Source of the DNA: an uncultured virus (IMG/VR IMGVR_UViG_3300022468_000843)
Taxonomy: Duplodnaviria; Heunggongvirae; Uroviricota; Caudoviricetes
Length of the DNA: 32,230 nucleotides
Strand: one strand, 5' to 3'
IMG/VR virus record: IMGVR_UViG_3300022468_000843
A model generated the notes under the pieces. It was not told the origin of the DNA, did no database searches, and saw only the letters and a program-made list of their open reading frames with translations. This document shows, in pieces, positions 1 through 9,600 of the stretch. Within the stretch, counting starts at the first letter, position 1, and each line of letters begins with the position of its first letter. The translations under genes and the position numbers were made by a program.

Positions 1-1
1 A

Positions 2-832
2 GGCGCCTGGGGCATCGGATGACGCTACCCCAGCGACACCGTACGAATCGGCCAGGCTGGACCCCGCCGTGGCCCGCACAGCGTACGCGCCGGCGACGTT
101 GGCGGCCACGGAAGCCAGCACGGCATGGGCGCCGGGATGATCGGCCGAAACCGCGCTGGCGATGCCGTACGCGCCCGGGGCGTTTGCGGCGACGCCGGAC
201 AGCACCAGGTAGGCGCCTGTCGCGCTGGCTGCCACCGAGGACGCGACGCCGTAGGCGCCTGGGGCATCCGCAGCGACCGAGGAAATGATGGCGTAAGCGC
301 CCGAGCCGTCCGCTGAGGTGGTGCCGGCAACCCCATAGCCGGTCGCCAGATCGGCGGCGACGCCGGACAGGATGCCGTAGGCGCCAGGACCGTCGGCTTG
401 GGCGCCGGACAGCACGGCGAACGTGCCGGCGTGGTCCGCGGAAACGCTGGCCAGCGCGGCGTGCGCGCCCGCAAGGTCCGCGGACACGGCGGACAGCACG
501 GCATATGCCCCAGGCTGGCCAGCCAGGACGGACGAGAGGACGCTGTAGGCCCCGGGTTGGTCTTGCGCGACCGAGGACAGGATCGCAAACGACCCGGTCA
601 TGTCGGCGGCCACGCCGGCGAGGATGGCGTGGCTACCGCTGGCGCTGGCGGCCACGACCTGAAGCACGCCATAGGCGCCCGCCAGGTCGGCGCCCACCAC
701 GGACGTGCCAGCCGTCGCCGCGCCCGTCTCGAAGACGGCCGGGTCGAAAACATCAGGGCCGTCGAACAGTTCGGCGCTGCCACCGAACAGCGCGCTGTCG
801 AATACCCCGCTATCAAAGACGGGGGTCGCCAT
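2..832 (-). CDS. Virion fibre-like protein with 14-aa tandem repeats (runs off the window edge)
   Basis: Absent from the ORF track because there is no stop in the window. ATG at 832 lies 2 nt past the stop of 835..1773. Manual translation gives MATPVFDSGVFDSALF... then at least 16 repeats of V-x-A-D-x-x-G-A-Y-x-V/I-L-x-x, open to base 2. Confidence 0.75.
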   Translation of the reverse strand, partial: MATPVFDSGVFDSALFGGSAELFDGPDVFDPAVFETGAATAGTSVVGADLAGAYGVLQVVAASASGSHAILAGVAADMTGSFAILSSVAQDQPGAYSVLSSVLAGQPGAYAVLSAVSADLAGAHAALASVSADHAGTFAVLSGAQADGPGAYGILSGVAADLATGYGVAGTTSADGSGAYAIISSVAADAPGAYGVASSVAASATGAYLVLSGVAANAPGAYGIASAVSADHPGAHAVLASVAANVAGAYAVRATAGSSLADSYGVAGVASSDAPGA

Positions 833-834
833 GG

Positions 835-1773
835 TCAGTAATCAGTCTCGATGTAGATGCCGCAGACATCGAGGCCAACAGCCGCGGCTGTTGCATTGTT
901 CGTGCGCCAGAGCTGGTGGCACAGCAGCGTGGTGCCGGCGGGGCACACCAGGGCCGCCAGGAACCCGGAGGCCTTGGCACCGGTGTTGAGGCGGGTGACC
1001 TCGTAGTAGCAACCACCAGAAGTCGGCGAGAAAAGCGTCAGCTCATAGACGTCCTGCGACGCCGTGTTTGCCGGAAAGCCAGCCCCAAGGTCGATCGGCG
1101 CTTGCGCGACACTGCCGCCATAGACGATCTGCAGGTTTGCAGAAGTGGATAGCTGCGCCACGCCGATGACGTTGACCAATGTGGATGGCTCGACGTTCGT
1201 TGGCGCGCCGGTTGAGGCGGCGAGGCCGACAAACATGCGAGCACCGGCCACGTTCGCGGCATCCGATGTTGCGAACCGGTAGCGGGCAAAGAAGCCGCCC
1301 AGGCCAGCGCCGGCGCCGGTCGTGTACTTGGCGACGGCCTCGCGGGCGCCGGCAAGCGCTGCAGCCGTTGCGGCGGACACGTACGCCAGCCGCGTCATGC
1401 GGGTCAGCATGTTGGTCGTGGCCACGTTGCGCGCCGTAGCCGTTCCGGTACCGGTCAGCGCGGCCATGCCGAATACGCCGGGCGCCGTGGTGCTGTTTCC
1501 CGGCGGCATCCACAGCGCTACCTTGTTGCCGCCAAGGTTCGGCTGCAGGGTCGTATCGAGGCCGGACGGCCCCATCTGCGACAGCATCGTGCGGCCGCCG
1601 ATCTTCTTGCCGTACAGGGTAAGAAAACCATCGGCTGGCGCCGCCGGGTCGGAGGTCAGCACCGGAATATCCACCTCGGAATCGATAACGTGGCCATCGT
1701 TCCAGCGATCGACGGAAACCTGCTTGGCGCCATCGTTGACGCCGGTCGCCTGGTAGTTATGGCGGATTGGCAT
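835..1773 (-). CDS. Putative virion structural/fibre-associated protein
   Basis: 312 aa, rich in Ala/Gly/Thr and beta-strand-like segments, tightly packed in the operon downstream of the capsid genes. Confidence 0.6.
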   Translation of the reverse strand: MPIRHNYQATGVNDGAKQVSVDRWNDGHVIDSEVDIPVLTSDPAAPADGFLTLYGKKIGGRTMLSQMGPSGLDTTLQPNLGGNKVALWMPPGNSTTAPGVFGMAALTGTGTATARNVATTNMLTRMTRLAYVSAATAAALAGAREAVAKYTTGAGAGLGGFFARYRFATSDAANVAGARMFVGLAASTGAPTNVEPSTLVNVIGVAQLSTSANLQIVYGGSVAQAPIDLGAGFPANTASQDVYELTLFSPTSGGCYYEVTRLNTGAKASGFLAALVCPAGTTLLCHQLWRTNNATAAAVGLDVCGIYIETDY

Positions 1774-1785
1774 GGGGCAGACCTA

Positions 1786-2274
1786 TCAAGCAGCCGTATC
1801 GCACTCGACGCGCAGCGTGTACGTGTCGTTCGCGGCGGGTGTCGCGGCGCCGATCGTCCGGCGAACCCAGACGGCACGGTGCTGTCCTGCGGGGATGTTG
1901 CCCAGCGCCAGGCCTGCGCCCTTTGTGGCGGGCTGGCTGAACGTCACGCCGGCGGGAGCGGTGTTTTCGTCGGCCACGGCCGTTTCGGTGGCGTTGACAG
2001 CCGAGGCGCCCACGCCGATCGCAATGCGGTTGCCTGTGGTGTTTGCCTGAATGTAGACCACCGCATTCTGCATCGCCAGAGTGGCGTTCGCGTTGTGCAC
2101 GTAGAAGCAGCGGTACTCGATGTCGCCGGCCGAGCTTTCAGCGCTGGTGACGTCATCGAACAAACCAGCCGGCACCACGTTGGCAGACTTGGCGCCACCG
2201 ATCGACGCCAGGGCGCTCGCGTTGGCAGCGCCGCCGGACAGGCGGTAGACGATTTCAGTGGTAATGATTGGCAT
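1786..2274 (-). CDS. Phage virion protein (hypothetical)
   Basis: 162 aa with GAGG RBS; motif LFDDVTSAESSAGDIEYRCFYVHN resembles conserved phage structural hypotheticals; preceded by a copy of the late-promoter motif. Confidence 0.65.
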   Translation of the reverse strand: MPIITTEIVYRLSGGAANASALASIGGAKSANVVPAGLFDDVTSAESSAGDIEYRCFYVHNANATLAMQNAVVYIQANTTGNRIAIGVGASAVNATETAVADENTAPAGVTFSQPATKGAGLALGNIPAGQHRAVWVRRTIGAATPAANDTYTLRVECDTAA

Positions 2275-2297
2275 ATAAACATCCTCGAATTATGCGC

Positions 2298-2313
2298 ATT
2301 CTGCTGTCACGAA
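2298..2313 (-). promoter_or_regulatory. Late-promoter motif, leadered variant (TTCGTGA-CAG-CAGAAT)
   Basis: One mismatch to GTCGTGA with the same N3 spacing to an xAxxxT hexamer; overlaps the upstream terminator U-tract; followed by an RBS and the ATG at 2274. Confidence 0.55.
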
Positions 2314-2337
2314 AAAGGCCGCGTGCAGCGGCCTTTT
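2312..2337 (-). terminator. Rho-independent terminator (possibly bidirectional)
   Basis: AAAAAGGCCGC-GTGCA-GCGGCCTTTT hairpin flanked by A and T tracts, just after the head fibre gene. Confidence 0.8.
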
Positions 2338-2362
2338 GATCCTCGGGAGAAGCCGATGGCGA

Positions 2363-2566
2363 TCAGCTCGATGCAATCACGCCAGCGTTGCGCAAGCTGT
2401 TGAGCAGCGCATCAAACTCCGCCTTGGTCGGCGCAGCGGCCGCGTTGGGCACGTGCACGCCTTGGGCCGTGGGCAGGCCCTTGTCGAGCAGGTCGCCCAG
2501 CTTGGCGGTCTTCGCGCCAGGCGTGAGGGAGTTCAGCAGTTTTTTTGCAGTCGCGGTAATCGCCAT
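2363..2566 (-). CDS. Head fibre/decoration protein
   Basis: C-terminal HVPNAAAAPTKAEFDALLNSLRNAGVIA is typical of the short head-fibre trimerisation motif; AGGAG RBS; two genes after the capsid gene. Confidence 0.7.
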   Translation of the reverse strand: MAITATAKKLLNSLTPGAKTAKLGDLLDKGLPTAQGVHVPNAAAAPTKAEFDALLNSLRNAGVIASS

Positions 2567-2575
2567 GATGGCTCC

Positions 2576-2971
2576 TTAAAAAACGTTGGGGTCTTCGTTG
2601 CCCGCTTCGCCGGCAGCACCAGGGGCTGGCTCTTGCGAATCGGGGGCTTGCGGGCCGGTGCCATCAGCGACAGGCGCAGTCACTTCTGGAGCGGCAGCAG
2701 GCGCAGGCGCCGGAGCCGCGGCGGCCTTTTTGATGGCAGCGGGCTTCGCGGGCGCAGCGGGCGGCTTTGCGGCTGGTGCCTTGGGCTGCGTTGCGACGGG
2801 CTTCTCCTCGCCTTGCTCAGCCAGCTCGTAGCCTTCGATGGACAGGAACAGCTCAGCAGCCTCGTCGCCGATTTCCTCGGAGATGACGCCGCGGCCGTCT
2901 TCGGTCGGGGTGAAATTTACGCCGTTGATGTTCAGGCTGGCGTTCGGGCGCGTGCAGATGACTTTGGGCAT
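2576..2971 (-). CDS. Hypothetical capsid-associated protein with Pro/Ala-rich tail
   Basis: 131 aa directly downstream of the major capsid gene; compact N-terminal domain plus low-complexity C-terminus. Confidence 0.65.
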   Translation of the reverse strand: MPKVICTRPNASLNINGVNFTPTEDGRGVISEEIGDEAAELFLSIEGYELAEQGEEKPVATQPKAPAAKPPAAPAKPAAIKKAAAAPAPAPAAAPEVTAPVADGTGPQAPDSQEPAPGAAGEAGNEDPNVF

Positions 2972-2995
2972 GACAGTTACTCAGGTGATGGTGGA

Positions 2996-3023
2996 ACAAA
3001 CCGGACGCCACAAGGGCGCCCGG
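2996..3023 (-). terminator. Terminator/attenuator after the major capsid gene
   Basis: Minus strand CCGGGCGCC-CTTGT-GGCGTCCGG-TTTGTT, 20 nt after the capsid stop. Confidence 0.6.
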
Positions 3024-3042
3024 TATCTACCCTGCCCGCTGA

Positions 3043-4551
3043 TTATTCAGCGGTGAACGGACGCCACTTGGCGTTGCTCGGCAGGATGTTCTTGATGAAG
3101 CCGTGGTGCTTCGGCTTCGTGATCCGCAGGTACCCGAACAGGAACTGGAACCACGAATACTGAGGCACGCCACCGATACCAAACGGCAGCGGAATCTTGG
3201 TCATCGGCTGGAACTGGCGCCATCCGATGGCGTCCGAACCGGTCGACAGATTCAGCACAGGCACCATCACCGTACCGGGGATGTCGCGGTTCTGGTCGGT
3301 GTAGGTGGTCGTCGCGCCGGTCTTCTTGATCACGCGCACCAGACGGAAGTCGTTGGTGGCGTTCGTGCCGTCCTGGCGGCTGCGATAGATCGCATAGCCA
3401 GTCTCGGTGCCAGAAGCCGACTGGCTGATCGTCAACACAGCGTTCTTGCCGGCGGCAATCGCGGTCTGCGTGGACTTCACCACTTCGGACAGGCCCTTGC
3501 CGGTGCCGTCGATGGCGGCAACAGCGTAGTAGTAGTTGCCGGCGCGGGGCGCAGTGAAGCGCGACGCGGTGTCATTGGCGGTTGCGTTGACGGCAACACC
3601 CACGGGCTTGATGGCAGCGTTGCTGACGGCGATGGCGGCGTTGTTCACTTCGAACGGATAAACCATGGGGTTTTCTTCGTCCTGGATGAACGTGTCGAGG
3701 TTCGTCTTCAGGATACCGCTGGTGATGCGGATGCCTTCGACGTGGCCACCGAGCACGGGCGTGTTGCCACCGGCAGGGCTCCAGCGGTACGCAGGGTCGA
3801 GGTTCTTGTTCAGATCGACCTGCACCGAGTTCGGCAGGAACACGTCCGTGCTCTTGCCCCAGGAGCCGTAGCGGCTCGCGGCGGTGTTGATGCGCGAGAA
3901 CGGATCCACATCGACCAGGGTGCCACCGTTCAGATCGACGATGTTGTCACCGGACATATTGCCGGCAGCCACTTCCTTCTCGATCTGGCTGAAGATGCCG
4001 TCGAACTGCACGGGGCTGGCGTCCGAGTTGCCGTGGTACAGCGAGTAGTTCGCATCGGTCAGGAGCTGCAGGGCGCCGTTGCGCTCTTCCAGGGCCACAG
4101 GCTCGGCGATGTTCTTGCCCACGGTCAGGACGTAGCCGACCTGACGCAGGGTCATGAGGAACTTCACCATGCCGACTTCACGGCTGTACTCGCCCTGCGC
4201 GGAGCGGACAACACCCATCTGGGAGTTGAAAGCGCCACCCAGGAAACCACCGACGTTCGTCTGGCGGCTGTACTCGTCCACGATGTTCGTTGCGCTGGTC
4301 GAGGCCAGGCGGTTGAACAGCGTGAAGTGGTCGTTTTCCTGGATCGTGGTCTTCATCGCCGTGTCCAGCGACTGCACGCCCAGGGCGCCACCACCGGTGA
4401 GGGTGGCGACATCGGTCTGGTAGTTGGACGCTTCCAGTGCCTTTTTCAGGTCACCGAGCTGGTCCAGGGAACCGCCCGCAGAGCCACCAAGGGCCGGGGC
4501 GCCGCCGGGCGACATGCCGGCAAACTGTTGCAAAAGGGCTTGGGCGTCCAT
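3043..4551 (-). CDS. Major capsid protein
   Basis: 502 aa following protease and scaffold; GAAGGA RBS; N-arm KALEASNYQTD...GGGALGVQSLD and LYHGN...QFDGI motifs resemble SPO1/K-like capsid proteins; has an Ig/FN3-like insertion (YYYAVAAID...GLSE). Confidence 0.85.
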   Translation of the reverse strand: MDAQALLQQFAGMSPGGAPALGGSAGGSLDQLGDLKKALEASNYQTDVATLTGGGALGVQSLDTAMKTTIQENDHFTLFNRLASTSATNIVDEYSRQTNVGGFLGGAFNSQMGVVRSAQGEYSREVGMVKFLMTLRQVGYVLTVGKNIAEPVALEERNGALQLLTDANYSLYHGNSDASPVQFDGIFSQIEKEVAAGNMSGDNIVDLNGGTLVDVDPFSRINTAASRYGSWGKSTDVFLPNSVQVDLNKNLDPAYRWSPAGGNTPVLGGHVEGIRITSGILKTNLDTFIQDEENPMVYPFEVNNAAIAVSNAAIKPVGVAVNATANDTASRFTAPRAGNYYYAVAAIDGTGKGLSEVVKSTQTAIAAGKNAVLTISQSASGTETGYAIYRSRQDGTNATNDFRLVRVIKKTGATTTYTDQNRDIPGTVMVPVLNLSTGSDAIGWRQFQPMTKIPLPFGIGGVPQYSWFQFLFGYLRITKPKHHGFIKNILPSNAKWRPFTAE

Positions 4552-4592
4552 GCTTTTTCCTTCGGGGTATGGATGGGGTTGCTGGGGGGGGG

Positions 4593-5237
4593 TTAAGCGA
4601 GGGCAACCTTCTGGAGAATGCCCGCATCGATGGGCCAGCCGTTACGCAGGCATGCATCGATCGTGTTCAGTTCGGTGCCGGAGATCTTCTTGGCGGCGTA
4701 GGCCGCGTTCGACTTCGCCAGCAGCTCACCAGGGGTGATGTTGCCGTCTTCCGCACCCGAGGACTTGGCGAGCACATCGGCAACGCCGGGCTTGTCGGCG
4801 ATCGTGACCAGCGTCTTGCGACCGCGGCCCTGACCAGCCAGCGTGCGGACTTCGGCCTGCAGCGACTTGATCAGCTCGTTCTGCTTGCCCATCGCGCCGG
4901 CCATCGTGGTCAGCGCCTTGGCGAGAACGCCATCGGTGCTGTCCTGGCGGGCCATGAGCGACTTCACCAGCTCGGTGGCGTCGATCATTTGGTTTCCGTC
5001 GGCGTCAGCGCCCAAGGACTTACCGAAGTCCTGGCCATCTTCATCGCCTTTGACGTCATCGTCGTCGCCATCCATGACGGGGGCGTCAACGCCAGAATCG
5101 GCGGCGGCAGCGGCCACAGTCTTGTCGTCGGCGGCAGCGGGTGCGGCCTTGGCGAGCGTGTCCGTGCCTTCCGCGACTTGCGCGAGCGACTTCAACAGCT
5201 CGTCGAAGTTGCTTTCGTTGTTTTCAACACTCATCAT
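4593..5237 (-). CDS. Capsid scaffolding protein
   Basis: Acidic, coiled-coil-like, located between protease and capsid genes; eight [L/F]-x-K-[S/A] repeats. Confidence 0.7.
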   Translation of the reverse strand: MMSVENNESNFDELLKSLAQVAEGTDTLAKAAPAAADDKTVAAAAADSGVDAPVMDGDDDDVKGDEDGQDFGKSLGADADGNQMIDATELVKSLMARQDSTDGVLAKALTTMAGAMGKQNELIKSLQAEVRTLAGQGRGRKTLVTIADKPGVADVLAKSSGAEDGNITPGELLAKSNAAYAAKKISGTELNTIDACLRNGWPIDAGILQKVALA

Positions 5238-6139
5238 TTACTCCGTTTGAGTTTGGAAAGACCTGATTTCAAATCGCTGAGAAAGCGATCCACCCACTCA
5301 GCCGCCTCATCGTGAGACAGCGAGTATTTCCCGGCGCAATACTCCACCAGGCTCGCCGGCGAACCGACCTTTGCGGCGCCCGTTTTCACGTCGCCAGAAA
5401 GGCGGTTGCGGAAATCGAAATACGAATGCGGAGCGCCCGTATCGAGCGACTGCGCACCGAAGGCGGCGCCTCCGGTTTTGCCTGCCGCATCGGTCGCGTA
5501 GCTGGCCTCCAGGGCCTTCGCCATGTCGAAGCCGCCATCGGCGCTCCAGGACTTTGCGAGGACGCCGAACGGGATGGTCTGGATGCCACCCACGTGCTGA
5601 TTCACGGGCTGCTGGCTGATAGCGACATTGGTCCAGCGCACGCCACTGACCACGCCGTACTTGGCGCCCGACTTTTCGTCGATGCGGATGGACTTCGCCA
5701 GGATCTTGCCGCCGACGCTGGGGTACCACTTGCGGGGCGGGTTCAGCTTCGTCATGCTGTCCCACACCATGTTCGCGTTTGCGGCCAGTTCGGTATCACC
5801 GGTGTAGAGCTGCGCCTTCACGAACGTGGACGCGCCATCAACGCGCACCTCAACAGGCGAGCCGACTTCCCACAGATCGGGGCGGTCGATGCCGTGCATC
5901 TTCGCGACGGCGGGCATCGACTTGTGGTCCAGGTCGATGTTGCCGAACTTGAGGTAGTGGTCGGCCGACTCTTCCAGAGCCTTCGCGAGCACCACGTCGT
6001 TCTGGAGGTCGCGAGCTTCGCGGGATGCCTCCAGGTACACGAACCGCTTGTCGCCCTCTTGGGCGGGCGTAGCCTTCAGCATCATTTCGATGCTGAGGTA
6101 TTCGGGGATGCCCGAAAGGAGCTGCTCGCCTGGATTCAT
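5234..6139 (-). CDS. Prohead (maturation) protease
   Basis: HK97/herpes-type pattern ASREARDLQNDVV...NIDLDH...PSVGG...VAISQQPVN with candidate catalytic His and Ser; positioned before scaffold and capsid. Confidence 0.75.
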   Translation of the reverse strand: MNPGEQLLSGIPEYLSIEMMLKATPAQEGDKRFVYLEASREARDLQNDVVLAKALEESADHYLKFGNIDLDHKSMPAVAKMHGIDRPDLWEVGSPVEVRVDGASTFVKAQLYTGDTELAANANMVWDSMTKLNPPRKWYPSVGGKILAKSIRIDEKSGAKYGVVSGVRWTNVAISQQPVNQHVGGIQTIPFGVLAKSWSADGGFDMAKALEASYATDAAGKTGGAAFGAQSLDTGAPHSYFDFRNRLSGDVKTGAAKVGSPASLVEYCAGKYSLSHDEAAEWVDRFLSDLKSGLSKLKRSK

Positions 6140-6161
6140 GCCCCAATGATGCCGTCACGAC
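6140..6161 (-). promoter_or_regulatory. Late-promoter motif for the protease-scaffold-capsid operon
   Basis: GTCGTGA-CGG-CATCAT-TGGGGC-ATG. Confidence 0.7.
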
Positions 6162-6191
6162 TTTTTCGCGGCGGGCTCCATCGGCGAAATT

Positions 6192-6449
6192 TTAGGGGGC
6201 CAGGGCCTTGCGAGCTTTGGCGATGACCACGTCCAGTTGTCCGCGCTCGGACACCAGATCGGTGTAGCGCTGCTGGGCTGCATCGCTGGCGCCATCAGCA
6301 CCAGGACGCGCGCGCTCGATGGCTGCGCAGACCTCGGCGTGGCGCTTCTCGGCCGCGGCCAGAATGTTGCGCTCGGTGCGCTCGGTCTTGGCGGCAAGGT
6401 CGTGCAGGTCGCCCAGGCCGGCGCGGGCTTTCTCGATATGTCGCTTCAC
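6192..6449 (-). CDS. Hypothetical helical protein (85 aa)
   Basis: GTG start overlaps the upstream TGA (GTGA); it is the C-terminal part of listed ORF 6192..6758. Confidence 0.6.
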   Translation of the reverse strand: MKRHIEKARAGLGDLHDLAAKTERTERNILAAAEKRHAEVCAAIERARPGADGASDAAQQRYTDLVSERGQLDVVIAKARKALAP

Positions 6450-6679
6450 CGGCGCACCTCGGCAAGGCAAACCGCGCGCAGACCGCTGCTCTGGATGTTG
6501 TAGCAGCGCCCGGGGTCGCGATGAGCCATGGCCAGGCAGTAGGCGCGGGCGTCGGGGCTTCCGACGCCGTAGCATGCACTGGCGGCGGTTGAGGCGACGG
6601 CGGAGTGAGGCGCCACCAGCAAAGCGGCGGCGTAGGCGATCAGAAGGATGATGGTGCGCATCGGGCGAATGTAGCTCAA
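6446..6679 (-). CDS. Small secreted Cys-containing protein
   Basis: Signal-peptide-like hydrophobic N-terminus, then two C-Y-x(10)-C-L-A repeats. Confidence 0.65.
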   Translation of the reverse strand: MSYIRPMRTIILLIAYAAALLVAPHSAVASTAASACYGVGSPDARAYCLAMAHRDPGRCYNIQSSGLRAVCLAEVRR

Positions 6680-9600
6680 AACAACCCCCCTTGTTCCGCC
6701 TGAGCGGCCGAGCGCCGGGCGTGGATTGCCCCGGCCACGCCGGAGTCGTCCAAGCCATCCAGGGGCGACGCCATCATGTCCTTGAGCGCGTACTTCTTCT
6801 CCAGGCGCTCGCGGCTGCGGCGTTCCTCCTTGTGGTCGGCCTCCAGGTCGATTAGCTCGATGCCGTTCTTCTGTCCAATCCGGTCGATTCGCGCATTTCG
6901 CTGGCTGTGGGTCTTGGCCGTCATAGGCACATCGTGCTGGATCAAATATTGCCCAGATTGCAGGTTCATGCCCACGGCGCCTGCGTCGGATGCTATCAAA
7001 ATATCGGCTTCCGGCGCCCCCGTTTCCGGGTTGAACATCCGGCGCTTGCGATCTTTGTCCTTGGCGCTGTCGCTGCCGGTGATGACCACGACGCGCTTGC
7101 CGGCCTTCTCCATCGCCGCCTGGTACTGGGCCACGCTCTCGCGGTTGCGCGCGAAGATCACACCCTGCTTGCCGGGGCGCGCAGCCACCATCGATACGGC
7201 GTGCTGCACCTTCGCGTTGTCCGGGTGCGCGTTGATGATCCGATTGATGGCCGACGACTTGAGGATGCCGACCGACTTCTGCAGGTTGGCGGCGATCGCC
7301 TCGTGCTCGGACTCCGGCACGCCCCCGAACGAACCAGGCGAGATGCCGCGCGCGGCTTCCACATCGACCTTGCCGGCGCGCTCGGCCAGGCGGGCGCGCG
7401 CCAGGTGCTTGTCCAGCTTGCCCAGGGCCTCGTGCTGGCCTGGCGACAGCTTCACCACCTCACGCTTGCGCGAGCGCGCCACGTCCGGGGTGATGGAGGT
7501 CGGGAACACGTAGCGCGCCATTTCCCGCTGCAGGGCCTGCTTGCTGGCAATGGTGTCAGCGCCGTACCGCCGCATGAAGGCAGCCCGATCGCCGTAGCGC
7601 TCCGGGTCCATCTTCTGCAGCATCGAATGAATTTCGCTGGCGTCGTTCTTAATCGGGTCGCCCGACGCATACACGTGGTACGGCGTGTGGTGGCCAACGG
7701 CCTCCAGCACGTTCGACAGGCTGGAATTTTCCTTGCCGGCGCGGTTCAGGGTGTCGTGCGCCTCGTCGATGAACGAGGCGTCGAAGTTGATGCCCTCTTT
7801 CTCCATCACGCCAGACACCCAGGCCTTGCGCTCCAACGGCGACATGGTCCCGAGCTGGGCGGTCATCGCGGCCTCATCGACGCCGGCGTGCTTGGCCCCC
7901 AGGTGCACCATGTCATCCCGGAACGACTGGTGGGTCATCACACAGATGTGCGTGCCGGGATCCTTGTAGGCTGCGATGCGTTCGGCCTGCGAGGCGCCCG
8001 GCTGAATGTGGGTCTTGAACTTGCCAGCTTCGAGCAGGCGCAACGCCTCGCCGTTGAACTGGCCCTGCACGATGCTAGGCACCATCATGATCGACCGCTT
8101 GACCTTGCCCAGGCCGGCCAGGTGCGCGTGCGTGCCCAGCATGATGTTTGTCTTGCCGCTGCCAGCGCCGGCAGCGAGCGCGACGCGCTTGTTGGCTGCC
8201 ACCAACTTAACGGCGCGCTGCTGGGCGGCGTATTTGCCGGACATGGACACACCCCAGAGCTTCGTGGGCTGGCCGGGTTTGAAGTTGGCCCCGACGTGGC
8301 CCATCATGGCCGCGATTTGCCGTTCTGCGGCATGCCCCAGGGTATGGCGCTCATCGGCCCCCAGTGAGGCTGGCTGACCCCCTGCTGAGGCATCCGGCAC
8401 ATCCTCGCTGGAGAAGAACCCCATCTGCGCCTGCTCGAAGGCGGCCTGCTGCTGCTTGGCGGCCTCGATCTTGTCGTTGACGCCGCCCGATGCGTACTTG
8501 CCCCCCACCCGCTCGCGCAGGCGATCAATGAGGGCCTTGTCCTTTGCCATGCGCGCGGCGCGGGCGTCGGAATCCACGGCGTCGAGGTGGTCCAGGTTGT
8601 TGCGGATGACGCGCTTGCCCAGCTTCAAGGGCGAGCCCGGATTCAGCTTATTGTGGGCATCGACAAACGTCTTTGCCATCTTCGAGCGGATCACGTCCTG
8701 AACGGCCTCGTACGCGCGCTCGTTGCCGCCCATGGTTTTCAGGTACTTGCCCCAGGTCAGGCTGCTGGCGTTCAGCTTTTCCGCCAGGCCGTCGCGGTGC
8801 GCTTTCCAGTCCTTCCAGTCGGGGTTCGGCACGGTGTCGCCGAACATATCCGACGTTTCCTTTTCCGGCTCGGCGGCGTGCGCTTCCTCCAGCTCCTTGC
8901 GCAGCGCGCCGGCGGCCTCGTCCTCGCGGGCGATGTGCTGGTAGAAGTGCTCGCGCAGGGCGGCCTGGTCCTTGGGCGTCAGCTCTCCGATCTGCTTGTA
9001 GGCGGCAGTGCCCTCCGGCGTTTCGGCCAGAGCACGGTGCAGCGCATCGACGGAGTGCTGGTCAACGGCGATTTTCTGGCGGTTGAGCGTGGTGCGATCG
9101 CCGCCCAGCGAGGCGACGTGGTCATCGGCGTACTTGTCGAAGGTGTCGGACAGGGCCTCGGCCCGCTGCTGCTTGCCGTCCGCGTCCTTGAGCGGCGCCA
9201 CCGCATCGAGCGCGGCGCGGTATTCCTCGGTGCGCTCGATGCCGACCTTTTGAAAGAAGTCCGCGGACTGCACGTCCGACAGAATATCGGCCGGGGCATC
9301 GCCATCCGCCGCGCGCGCGCCGATGTAGGAGCGCAGGGACGCCTGCAGGTCGTCGCCAGCCTGGAACGGCTGCGCCAGGCGCTCGGCCACGCCAGGCTTC
9401 ACGTCCATGACCAGGTCGGGGCGGTTGGCGACACCCAGGGGCAGCCAGCCGTCCTCGTCCTGGTCGCCGCGGATGATGCTGAGATTGCGGCTCACCTGCG
9501 CCACATCCTCGCGCGCAACGGGGCTGGCCAGGCGGGACATGCCAGCGGGCGTCACCGTGAGGAACGTGTCGCCTCCGACCTTCTCCAGGGAGTAGTCGCC

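Noticed and set aside
1..700. CRISPR-like or DNA tandem array suggested by the 42-nt periodicity
   Set aside because: The periodicity is at protein level with divergent codons; there are no identical repeats with unique spacers.
19..841. Listed ORFs 19..288, 25..588 and 398..841
   Set aside because: Off-frame or antisense to the repeat protein in the unlisted frame 2..832.
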